Shown here: positions 45,215 through 53,920 of the stretch, in pieces
Numbering within the stretch: the stretch's first letter is position 1
Layout of the letters: each line of letters opens with the position of its first letter
Assembly (NCBI GenBank): GCA_963836755.1
Contig: CAWIKF010000002.1
Coordinates: 1,056,001-1,120,000 of the forward strand
DNA length: 64,000 bases
Source: an uncultured Verrucomicrobiae bacterium
Lineage (GTDB): Bacteria; Verrucomicrobiota; Verrucomicrobiia; Chthoniobacterales; Chthoniobacteraceae
Direction: 5' to 3'
The notes under the pieces: model-generated
What the model saw: only the letters and a program-made list of their open reading frames with translations
Database searches by the model: none
What the model was told of the DNA's origin: nothing
Made by a program: the position numbers and the translations under genes

Positions 45215-45622
45215 ATGCCTTTCACCGATTGTCCAGCGCAGTGCACGCTACGGGACGAGCCGACGACGACCGCGCCGCCGGACGCGAATCCTACGTGCTA
45301 TTCCGTGACGATTTTTACGAATTCGTGGAAGGAAATCCGCGATTTTTACGTGGAGATTTTGGGCGCTAAAATCCTCAGCGAGCACGCCGGGCGCTACTGC
45401 GAAATGAGCTTGGGCGGGCTGCCTATCTGCCTGCGCCGGTCGGAATTTGGGGAGATGGTGAGCTATTTTCATCTCTACCTTTCAATGAAAAATCGCGAGC
45501 CGGTTTTGCGCGAGCTGCGCAACCGCGGGATCATCGTCACGACCGTCGGACCTTACACCAATTTCCGCGATCCCGAGGGACGTGTGATCAAACTTTCCGA
45601 GTCAAAGACGCTCGTCGGTTAG
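45215..45622 (+). CDS. VOC/glyoxalase-like protein
   Basis: DFYVEILG...LRNRGI...FRDPEGRVI pattern; ATG at 45215. Confidence 0.7.
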   Translation: MPFTDCPAQCTLRDEPTTTAPPDANPTCYSVTIFTNSWKEIRDFYVEILGAKILSEHAGRYCEMSLGGLPICLRRSEFGEMVSYFHLYLSMKNREPVLRELRNRGIIVTTVGPYTNFRDPEGRVIKLSESKTLVG

Positions 45623-45624
45623 CG

Positions 45625-46311
45625 TCAAAGTCCGAGGGTTTTAATCACGCCGTCCACGTCCGACAAATCGTCGAACAAAAAATCGGGGTTGTGTGCAGCG
45701 AGCTCCGCGCGCGTCGAATTGCCAGTCGCGATCGCGACAGTTTTGGCGCCAATCGCGCGGCCGCAATCGATGTCGTGAATCGTGTCGCCGAGGACGAAAA
45801 TGTTTTCCGGCGCGAATTCCACGCCATGCTTTTCGCGCGCCCGGGCACTCGCGAACGGTCCGAGCTGATTGCGGTCGTGCGAGTCATCGGCGAAGGCGCC
45901 GAATTCAAAAAAATGTCCCACGCCGTAATGCGCGAGCTTGAGATCGGCGCCGCGCGAAAGATTGCCGGTCAAAAGCGCGAGCGCGACGTGCGGCCGGGCG
46001 CGCAGCGCCTCAAGCAAAGGCAGGATTCCCGGCAACAATTTTCCCTTTTTTTGCGGAAGCTGCGTTTCGAGATGGCCCAGGTAGCTGTCTAAAAATGCGC
46101 TCACGTTTTCCGGCGTAGGCTCGATTCCGTGCAGTGCGAAAATTTTGCGCGCAATCGCGGAATCCGTTTTTCCTGCGAGCGGGATTTGCGCCAGGTCGTC
46201 GTCGCGCCCGAAGCGCTCCTTGAGCGCGAGCCGCAGCGCTTTTTCGCCCGCGCCTCCGGAGTGTAAGAGCGTGCCATCGATGTCAAACAAGACGAGTTTG
46301 GTTTTCGTCAT
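45625..46311 (-). CDS. HAD-family hydrolase
   Basis: LFDIDGTL, AGKTD, LLTGN, FGAFADD, GDTIHD, IATG. Confidence 0.92.
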   Translation of the reverse strand: MTKTKLVLFDIDGTLLHSGGAGEKALRLALKERFGRDDDLAQIPLAGKTDSAIARKIFALHGIEPTPENVSAFLDSYLGHLETQLPQKKGKLLPGILPLLEALRARPHVALALLTGNLSRGADLKLAHYGVGHFFEFGAFADDSHDRNQLGPFASARAREKHGVEFAPENIFVLGDTIHDIDCGRAIGAKTVAIATGNSTRAELAAHNPDFLFDDLSDVDGVIKTLGL

Positions 46312-46353
46312 GGCGCGAAAAAGCACGGACGCGCGCGGCTCACGAGCATCGCG

Positions 46354-46932
46354 CTATTTTTCCTCGTTTTCCTCTTCGTCGAACTCTTCTGTCGGCGGTT
46401 CAAACTTCCGCTTGCGCTTGTTTGCCGGCAGCGGCGAGAGCGTCATGCTGATGCTTTTGCCGGTAAGTTTCGGCTCCATCTCGACCTGCGCCATCGTGAG
46501 CAGATCGCCTTTCACGCGCTGCATTACGGCCATGCCGAGTTCCTGGTGCGCCATTTCGCGCCCGCGGAATTGCAGGTGAACTTTGAGCTTGTTTGCCTTG
46601 TCGAGAAAGTCTTCGGCGTGCCGCAGCTTCGTGAGGTAATCGTGCTCGTCGATGTTCACGCGGAATTTGATTTCCTTGAGCTTGCTGCCCGAGCTCTTGC
46701 GATCTTTTTCCTGCTTCGCGAGCGCGTAGCGGAATTTACCGAAATCGACGATGCGGCAGACGGGCGGGTTGGCATTCGGCGCCACCTCCACGAGGTCGAG
46801 CCCCAGGGTTTGCGCCTTGCGCAAGGCGTCGGATAACTTCATGACGCCGAGTTGCTCGTTGGTAGCCGCGACGATGACGCGGACTTCCCGCGCGCGGATG
46901 CGGCCGTTTACACGAATTTGCTGTTGTTGGAT
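46354..46932 (-). CDS. infC: Translation initiation factor IF-3, non-canonical ATC start
   Basis: RVNGRIRAREVRVI, LDLVEVAPNANPPVCRIVDFGKF, KEIKFR, FRGREMAH; no ATG/GTG/TTG upstream of the conserved N-domain. Confidence 0.93.
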   Translation of the reverse strand: MQQQQIRVNGRIRAREVRVIVAATNEQLGVMKLSDALRKAQTLGLDLVEVAPNANPPVCRIVDFGKFRYALAKQEKDRKSSGSKLKEIKFRVNIDEHDYLTKLRHAEDFLDKANKLKVHLQFRGREMAHQELGMAVMQRVKGDLLTMAQVEMEPKLTGKSISMTLSPLPANKRKRKFEPPTEEFDEEENEEK

Positions 46933-46941
46933 AAGCGTTAA

Positions 46942-46947
46942 CTCCTT
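46942..46947 (-). promoter_or_regulatory. Shine-Dalgarno AAGGAG of infC
   Basis: AAGGAG 9 nt upstream of the in-frame ATC at 46932. Confidence 0.75.
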
Positions 46948-47204
46948 GGAAACCGTGCGAAGCGAAGACGCGGCCTCTATTTTTTCTAAAATTTTACCCG
47001 ATCACTTTGCATCTCGCCGAGGAAACCTCGCGCGCATCGCTCCTGTCCGCGCCCCGTGGCACAAAAGCCGCGCGGCGCGACGCACGTTCGGGCCGTGCGC
47101 ACGAGCCTTATCTAGCAAGCTGAGAGCTACGGGCAAGGCGAATCGTTTCGCGGTCGCGGAAAAAACCGCTCCTCAACCGCGCTGCTTCGCGGCAGATTTC
47201 GGGC

Positions 47205-48287
47205 ATGGACCAAACAGCGAAAACTTTTCTCTTCGATCTTCTCAATACGCCGAGCCCGACTGGCTTCGAGCTCGCGGGCCAGCGCAAATGGGCCGACTAC
47301 ATCCGCGCCTTTGCTGACCGCGTCGAGAATGACGCCTACGGCACCGCGTGGGCCACGCACGATGGCGCCGATGCGAACGCGCCGCGCATCATGCTCGAGG
47401 CGCACGCGGACGAGATCGGCTTCATCATCAAGCAAATCACGAAGGACGGCTTTCTCCGCGTCGACCGCATCGGCGGCTCGGACGTCGCCACCGCGCGCGG
47501 CCGCCGCCTCACCTTTCTCGGCGAAAAAGGAACCGTCCGCGGCATCCTCGGCAACACCGCCATTCATCTCCGCCGCGACAGCTTCAGCGATGAAAAGGCG
47601 CCAAAAATCCACGAGCTTTACGTTGATGTCGGCGCGTCGAGCGGCGACGAAGTCCGCGCGCTCGGGCTCCGCGTCGGCCATCCCGCCGTCTATGCCGACA
47701 CTGCCGAACTTCTCGGCGAAAACCATCTCGTCGCGCGCGCGATCGATAACCGCATCGGCGGCTTCATCATCGCGGAAGTTTTGAAAAAAGTCCGCCAGCG
47801 GACCGCACCGATCGCCGCGACTCTTTACGCCGTCAACGCCGTTCAGGAGGAAATCGGCGGGCACGGCGCGCGCATGGTTGCCCACCGGCTTCGGCCCGAC
47901 CTCTGCATCGTCCTCGACGTCACGCACGCGACCGACACGCCCGGGATCGAGCACGCGCAGCACGGCGACGTGAAGCTCGGCGGCGGCCCCGCGATCACGC
48001 ACGGCACTTGCAATCACCCGAAGCTCATCGCCCGGCTACTCGAGGTCGCCGATTCGCTACAAATCCCGATCCAGCACGAAAGCTCCTCGCGCTACAGCGG
48101 CACCGACACCGACGTGATCTTTCAAACACGCGACGGCATCCCGAGCGCGCTGGTCTCGATGCCGCTGCGCTACATGCACAGCGTCGTGGAAATGGCGGAC
48201 CTGCGCGACGTGCAGCGCGTCATCGATCTTCTCGCCGCCTTCGTTGAATCGATCGCCGCCGACGACACCTTTGGCGTCAAACTTTAA
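47205..48287 (+). CDS. M42 family metallopeptidase (TET-like aminopeptidase)
   Basis: TPSPTGFE, AHADEIG, RAIDNRIG, VQEEIG, DVTHATD, SGTDTD, PLRYMHS. Confidence 0.93.
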   Translation: MDQTAKTFLFDLLNTPSPTGFELAGQRKWADYIRAFADRVENDAYGTAWATHDGADANAPRIMLEAHADEIGFIIKQITKDGFLRVDRIGGSDVATARGRRLTFLGEKGTVRGILGNTAIHLRRDSFSDEKAPKIHELYVDVGASSGDEVRALGLRVGHPAVYADTAELLGENHLVARAIDNRIGGFIIAEVLKKVRQRTAPIAATLYAVNAVQEEIGGHGARMVAHRLRPDLCIVLDVTHATDTPGIEHAQHGDVKLGGGPAITHGTCNHPKLIARLLEVADSLQIPIQHESSSRYSGTDTDVIFQTRDGIPSALVSMPLRYMHSVVEMADLRDVQRVIDLLAAFVESIAADDTFGVKL

Positions 48288-48421
48288 CCGCGAGTGAATA
48301 CAAACGTGGGGTGAAATCGACGCCTAGCCTGCGCAAGATGCTCTCCTGTTGAAGCCTCGGCTTTCCCTCTTTTTGCGAGTGAGGCCGCTCTTGCGCTCAC
48401 TGCCCAGAATGAACCTTCCGG

Positions 48422-50278
48422 CTACGGCTTTTCTTCCTCGGGAATCTCCACGTCGGGTTCGCGCTGCATCAGGTGACAGACAATGCCGCGATAATGGTTG
48501 GAAATCCAAAGTTCCTCGAGGTTCACTGTCACATACGCGCGGTATTGCTCGGCCAGCGGGTGCTCGTCGTCAAAAAACGATGGGGGCGGATCGATCTTTT
48601 CTTTGATCGCAATGCCGATTTCGTCATCGCCGCCGCCTTCTTCATCCTCTTCATCGCCTTCTTCCCACGGAGGTTTAGGATACGGCTGCGTGCCGGCGGG
48701 CGAGAACTCGTCGGGATCGATCTCCGCGCCTTCCTGTTTCTTTAACTCCATTTGATGAAGCTTCTCCAGGTATTCGGCACGGTCGCGGAAATGCTGCTCC
48801 ATCTCCCACTCGTCTTGTCTTTCCCGGAACTGCGCTTCGAGTTCCTTCTGCGCTGGTGTGGCCTCGGGCGGCTTGACTCGGAGGGAGATCGTTAAATCGC
48901 CGGCGTAATTGCCCCGGAGCCGGGCAAGGATCGCGCGGATGCCCTCGACGATTTCCGAGAGTCGCTCGACGACACCGAAGGACTCGACAGTGGCGTGGAT
49001 GGTGCGGTAGGCGCCATTGGCTTTGATGGTTCCCCAGTCCGGGTTGTCGAGGAGGTTGCTGATGAATGTTTGCGCGTAAGCCTGGACCCATCGGCCGTGG
49101 CATTCGCGCAGGCCCGCGTCGATGAGGCCATTGTCCTCCGGGTCGAGCTCTTCTTGGTTGCGCGGTTCGTGGGGCGGATGCGGGGAAACGATGATCCGCA
49201 GCGGCGGGAGCGGTCGCGGCTCGGGCAAAAGGAGCACATCATCCCACGGCTGGAGGCCGGCATTGATGGCGGCGACTTCCATCTGCACGGGCGGGCATTG
49301 GGTCACGACCAGCTCGCGCAAAGCTGGCGCCTCCGCGAGCGGAGAGTAGTCGCGCGGATGGTCGAGATAAACGTGCGGGGGGCCGATTTTGAAATACGCA
49401 AGCTTCGGCAGACGGGTGAGCGGTGAGACATCGAGCGGCTGACGTTCCGTGACGGGGTCGCCGTCGGGTGTGACGGTGAGGCAGGTGAGTTCTTTCAACG
49501 ACTCGAGCGGAGTGAAGCTCTGGAAGGCCCCGAGGATGGTGAGGTTGCGCAAGCGGGGCATCTTTTCAATGCCATCGAGCCGCTCCGCGCCGGAGAGAGT
49601 GAGGAACTCGCAGGCGGGAAACTGCGGGAGGTCGGCGACATTGCGCGACGCGAGCGGGATGCAGTAAAGTCCGCCTCGGCGGACGCTCGGGAAGATGATT
49701 CCGCGCGGCAATGCGTGGAGATTGCCGGAGAGGATGAAGGACTCGAGCTGGGTCAATGCATCGAGTCCGTCGAGATTCGGCCAATGGACATTGAAAGCGA
49801 GCGTCAGTTCGCGCAATGCAGTGCAGCGGGCGAGGGGACTGAAGTCCTCGCACCGGGTGTTGTATGTGGGCGAGCCGGGATAGCCGAGGGAGAGCTTCGT
49901 GAGCGAGGGCAAATCCGCGAGGGGTGAGACATCGGATGGCTCGGCAAAGGCGATGTCCACGCTTTCCAGCGCGGTGAGGAAGCGAAAGGCCCCGAGGCTG
50001 CGGATGGGAAGGTCGGGGCGCGCCCACCATGATTTCATCACCGCCAGAGATTCGACCGACTTCGCGAGACTCTCCTCGGAATACTGGGGCTGATAGGCCG
50101 GGTTCAGCTTCCGCTCGCGGCTGAGTGCCATCCGCTGGTCGAAGGTCTGGGTATCGAAGATCTTCCGCTTGCTATTCCAATGCGACACGCCCATCTCGAC
50201 GAGGAGTTCCACGGTGTAGCGCTCGTCAATCGTGCGCGCTGGGTCAAGTGACCAGGCAATGAAGGCTTCGGTGTCCAT
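48422..50278 (-). CDS. Leucine-rich repeat protein with uncharacterised acidic C-terminal region
   Basis: Repeats DVSPLADLPSLTKLSL, DFSPLARCTALRELTL, LDGLDALTQLESFILSGN, LDGIEKMPRLRNLTI, DVSPLTRLPKLAYFKI, DYSPLAEAPALRELVV. Confidence 0.82.
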   Translation of the reverse strand: MDTEAFIAWSLDPARTIDERYTVELLVEMGVSHWNSKRKIFDTQTFDQRMALSRERKLNPAYQPQYSEESLAKSVESLAVMKSWWARPDLPIRSLGAFRFLTALESVDIAFAEPSDVSPLADLPSLTKLSLGYPGSPTYNTRCEDFSPLARCTALRELTLAFNVHWPNLDGLDALTQLESFILSGNLHALPRGIIFPSVRRGGLYCIPLASRNVADLPQFPACEFLTLSGAERLDGIEKMPRLRNLTILGAFQSFTPLESLKELTCLTVTPDGDPVTERQPLDVSPLTRLPKLAYFKIGPPHVYLDHPRDYSPLAEAPALRELVVTQCPPVQMEVAAINAGLQPWDDVLLLPEPRPLPPLRIIVSPHPPHEPRNQEELDPEDNGLIDAGLRECHGRWVQAYAQTFISNLLDNPDWGTIKANGAYRTIHATVESFGVVERLSEIVEGIRAILARLRGNYAGDLTISLRVKPPEATPAQKELEAQFRERQDEWEMEQHFRDRAEYLEKLHQMELKKQEGAEIDPDEFSPAGTQPYPKPPWEEGDEEDEEGGGDDEIGIAIKEKIDPPPSFFDDEHPLAEQYRAYVTVNLEELWISNHYRGIVCHLMQREPDVEIPEEEKP

Positions 50279-50290
50279 ATTACCAGTAAG

Positions 50291-52318
50291 TTATGCGCGC
50301 CGTTCCTTGACAGCCTGCAAGATGTCGGCAAGGACTTCGTCGCGCGGCTTCGCACCAAGGTTCCCTTTGCCATGGACACGAACACTTACCGCGCCCGCCT
50401 CGAGATCGCGGTGACCTATCACAAGCATCGTGTGGACTTTTTTCTGCTCGGCGCTGGCGATCTTAGCCTTGATCGGATCTTTTGAAAAGTCGGCCTCAGC
50501 GCGGACCTCGGAAGCCCGGAGTTCTGCGACGATGGAGTTGGAATAAGCAATGAGTGCGTCATCCTGCTCGCCGCCAAGGATGGGAAGCACACGGACTTGC
50601 ATAGGCGCGAGCCAAAGTGGGAAGTTGCCAGCGTAGTGTTCGATGAGGAAGCCGATGAATCTTTCATGCGTGCCCAATGGTGCGCGATGGATGCAAAGCG
50701 GAGTGGCATCGGTGTTATCGCGAGTCTTGTAGGTCAGTCCAAACCGTCCTGGCACGGCGAAGTCCACTTGATTAGTCGCGATGGTGAACTCGCGGCCGAT
50801 CGCACTCCAGACTTGGACGTCGATCTTTGGGCCATAAAACGCGGCTTCATTGGGGACTTCGATGAAGTTGATGCCGGACTTTTGAAGGACGTTACGCACC
50901 ATCTCTTCCGTTTTAAGCCATAACTCAGAGTTATCGACGAACTTTTGCCCGAGCTTGTCGGGATCATGAGTGGAGAAGCGCATGAGATACTTCTCGATGC
51001 CGAAGATCGCGAAGTATTTGAGATACATCTCGTTCACGGCATTGAACTCCTGCTCGAACTGCTCTTCCGTGCAATAAATGTGCGCATCATTCATCTGCAT
51101 CGAGCGCACGCGCATGAGTCCGAACAGTTCGCCCGACTGTTCGTAGCGATAGCAAGTGCCGTATTCCGCAAGTCGCAATGGCAAGTCGCGATAACTCCGC
51201 GGCACCGCCCCAAAGAGCTTGTGATGATGCGGACAGTTCATGGCTTTGAGGTAGTAGCGATAACGGCCGCGAAGACGGTTCAACGTGTCTTCTAACTGAC
51301 CAATCTTCATCCCAACTGAATCCTGCTTGGCAAAGGCGGCGACTGGGTTCAAGTCGTCCAGCATCAAGGCTTCAGTAGTCTTTTCCAGTTCGCTAAATTC
51401 TCCCTCCTTGCGCATGCGCAGCGTGTTCAAATCACTTTCTAGCTGTCGTTCTTCCTCTGTCGAATCCGCCGCCAGAAGCATCGGCGGAAACATACTCTCC
51501 GCGTAGTAAGGCAAGTGTCCGCTGGTTATATAGAGACCTTCGCGTGCAAGATGTGGTGTCCTGACTCTCTGATAACCCGCAGCGAACTCTGTTTCCTTTG
51601 CGAGCTTCTCCAGTTCTTCTATGAGAACGGTGCCATTCGGCAGCCACAATGGCAGGCCGGGACCTACATCATCGTCGAAGGTGAAAAGTTCCATCTCTTT
51701 GCCAAGCTTCCTGTGGTCACGTTTCTTCGCTTCCTCCAGCATGGTGAAGTAGGCTTCCATCTCGGTCTTGTTCTTGAACGCGGTGCCGTAGATGCGCTGG
51801 AGCTGCGGGTTCTTCTCGTCGCCTTTGTAGTAGGCGCTCGCGACGTGGGTGAGTTTGAATGCTCCGATGTTGCCGGTGCGCATGACGTGCGGGCCGGCGC
51901 ATAGGTCGGTGAAGTCGCCGTTGCGATAGAGTGAGATTTCTTCGCCTTCGGGAATGCCCTGGATGATGTCTAGTTTGAACTTACTTGGCTGAGGCCTTTC
52001 ACCTAGTCCGGCTAGGTTTCCCCTTCGCGCCAAGTCCAAAGCTTCTTCGCGACTGACTACTACTTTTTCAAAGACGTTGTTGGCCTTGGTCTCCTTCTTC
52101 ATCTCGGCTTCGATCTTCTCAAAGTCTTCCGGTGAAATGCGGTGCGGCATTTCCAAGTCGTAGTAGAAGCCGTTCTCTACCGGCGGCCCAGCGGCGAACT
52201 GAGCCTCGGGCCAGATACGCAAAATCGCGGTCGCGAGAACGTGCGCGGCGCTGTGGCGCAGGCGCTCGAGGTCGGTCATCTGATGGCGTTGTTCGAGAGT
52301 TTTGCGTTCTTCGGGCAT
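50291..52318 (-). CDS. thrS: Threonine--tRNA ligase (no TGS domain; insertion in catalytic domain)
   Basis: RHSAAHVLA, DLCAGPHV, LQRIYGTAF, RDHRKLG, MNCPHH, YRYEQSGEL.GLMRVR, AFYGPKID, HRAPLGTHERF. Confidence 0.98.
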   Translation of the reverse strand: MPEERKTLEQRHQMTDLERLRHSAAHVLATAILRIWPEAQFAAGPPVENGFYYDLEMPHRISPEDFEKIEAEMKKETKANNVFEKVVVSREEALDLARRGNLAGLGERPQPSKFKLDIIQGIPEGEEISLYRNGDFTDLCAGPHVMRTGNIGAFKLTHVASAYYKGDEKNPQLQRIYGTAFKNKTEMEAYFTMLEEAKKRDHRKLGKEMELFTFDDDVGPGLPLWLPNGTVLIEELEKLAKETEFAAGYQRVRTPHLAREGLYITSGHLPYYAESMFPPMLLAADSTEEERQLESDLNTLRMRKEGEFSELEKTTEALMLDDLNPVAAFAKQDSVGMKIGQLEDTLNRLRGRYRYYLKAMNCPHHHKLFGAVPRSYRDLPLRLAEYGTCYRYEQSGELFGLMRVRSMQMNDAHIYCTEEQFEQEFNAVNEMYLKYFAIFGIEKYLMRFSTHDPDKLGQKFVDNSELWLKTEEMVRNVLQKSGINFIEVPNEAAFYGPKIDVQVWSAIGREFTIATNQVDFAVPGRFGLTYKTRDNTDATPLCIHRAPLGTHERFIGFLIEHYAGNFPLWLAPMQVRVLPILGGEQDDALIAYSNSIVAELRASEVRAEADFSKDPIKAKIASAEQKKVHTMLVIGHRDLEAGAVSVRVHGKGNLGAKPRDEVLADILQAVKERRA

Positions 52319-52458
52319 TGGAGTGGTCAGGTTAAAGTGCGAGTGGATGTCTTGCAATGTCACGCTGAGCGTCCGCAACTTTGACGCGCGTGCAGCGACT
52401 ATTGGCTAGGACAGTGGATGGTCGCGTCAAGTGCGGCCGCCGAGTTCAGCTTATGGAA

Positions 52459-53451
52459 TCAATACTTTCGCTTCGGCAGTTCCGCGGCGGCGTCCGACTG
52501 ATCGAAGACATGTTCTTCGGATTTTATCCGGCGCGGCAGAGGCTTCCCGGCTGCCAGCTTTTCCGCGGCATCGCAAATCGCCGGGCCGATCAGCGGATTG
52601 CATTCCACCGTGCAATTGAGCTTGCCTGCGACCATTGCTTCAAACGCGGCGCGGATGCCGTCGATGGAGACGATCATGATATCCTTTCCAGGCTTTAGCC
52701 CGGCTTCCTCAATCGCTTGAATGGCGCCGAGAGCCATGTCGTCATTGTGCGCGTAGAGCGCGGTGATTTCCTTTGCGTCAGGCGACTTGAGGAACGCCTC
52801 CATGACTTCCTTTCCCTTCGCGCGCGTGAAGTCACCGCTCTGCGACTTGATGATTTTCATGCCGGGATACTTCGCAATGACTTCCTCAAAACCTTTCTTG
52901 CGGTCAATGGCTGGAGCGGCGCCCGGCGTCCCTTGCAACTCCGCGATCGTCGCCTTTCCGTCGGTATGCTTCGCGAGCCATTCAGCGGCCTGCTTTCCTT
53001 CCTCGATAAAGTCGGAGCCGATGAAAGTCGCATAAAGCGATGGATCGCTGACATCGACGGCCCGGTCGGAAAGAACGACGGGAATTCCTGCTTGCTGGAT
53101 ATCTTTCAAAACCGGCTCCCAACCCGTTTCCACGACCGGCGAGAACGCGATGACATTGACGCCTTGCGCGATGAAAGAACGCAGCGCCTTGATTTGATTT
53201 TCCTGTTTTTGCTGCGCGTCTGAAAACAGCAGGTTGATGTGACGCTCCGCCGCGGCGCTTTTGATCGACTCCGAGTTTGCCGTGCGCCAGCCGCTCTCCG
53301 CGCCGATCTGCGAAAAACCGAGCGTCAGTTGTTTTCCGCCTTCGCTTTCTTTTTTTCCACAACCGGCAAGAAGAATCATGAGCGCAAAAACGAACATGTG
53401 CCGGAATGGGAAAAGGTTCCTGTTGATCGAAATGGAGAAGGGGAGGTTCAT
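52459..53451 (-). CDS. Sugar ABC transporter substrate-binding lipoprotein (YtfQ/galactofuranose-like)
   Basis: Lipobox LLAGC; GFSQIGAESGWRTANS, DAQQKQENQIKA, GSDFIEEG, AHNDDMALGA, VECNPL; start approximate. Confidence 0.92.
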   Translation of the reverse strand: MNLPFSISINRNLFPFRHMFVFALMILLAGCGKKESEGGKQLTLGFSQIGAESGWRTANSESIKSAAAERHINLLFSDAQQKQENQIKALRSFIAQGVNVIAFSPVVETGWEPVLKDIQQAGIPVVLSDRAVDVSDPSLYATFIGSDFIEEGKQAAEWLAKHTDGKATIAELQGTPGAAPAIDRKKGFEEVIAKYPGMKIIKSQSGDFTRAKGKEVMEAFLKSPDAKEITALYAHNDDMALGAIQAIEEAGLKPGKDIMIVSIDGIRAAFEAMVAGKLNCTVECNPLIGPAICDAAEKLAAGKPLPRRIKSEEHVFDQSDAAAELPKRKY

Positions 53452-53533
53452 CGGGAAAAGCGTTATAAACTTTGGTTGCCGAATGCCAAATATTTCCTTG
53501 AAGTCGCCGCGGCGGAGCGACTTCATCTGGCGC

Positions 53534-53854
53534 ATGGCGCAGGAAGCACTTCTTGTTTTCAGCACTTTTCCGAACGTGGAAATGGCGCGGCGCATCGGCC
53601 GGACGCTGGTGGAGGAAAAGCTCGCGGCTTGCGTGAATATCCTGCCGCGCGTGGAGTCGGTTTACCGCTGGCAGGAAAAAATCGAAACAGCCGACGAGAT
53701 AGTCGCAATCATTAAGACGACGATCGGGAAATATCAGCAGCTCGAGCAACGGATTCGCGCGATGCATTCCTACGAAGTGCCGGAGATCGTAGCTGTGCGG
53801 CTGCACGACGGGCTGCCCGATTATCTGAATTGGATCGAGCAATCGATGCAGTGA
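53534..53854 (+). CDS. cutA: Divalent-cation tolerance protein CutA
   Basis: LVEEKLAACVNI, SVYRWQEKI, IKT, HSYEVPEI, YLNWI. Confidence 0.95.
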   Translation: MAQEALLVFSTFPNVEMARRIGRTLVEEKLAACVNILPRVESVYRWQEKIETADEIVAIIKTTIGKYQQLEQRIRAMHSYEVPEIVAVRLHDGLPDYLNWIEQSMQ

Positions 53855-53920
53855 AAAGGCGCGGCCTTTCGTGAAACTGTGTTTGCAGCGCAGCCGCGGG
53901 ACGTTCATCGTCGGCGCTGC

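Noticed and set aside
48288..48421. ncRNA or att site between the M42 peptidase and LRR genes
   Set aside because: Only a weak GTGAG/CTCAC stem; no matching repeat found elsewhere by eye.
51257..51478. Intein or intron in thrS
   Set aside because: No N-terminal Cys/Ser block or C-terminal His-Asn, too short, and the frame is open with no intron hallmarks.
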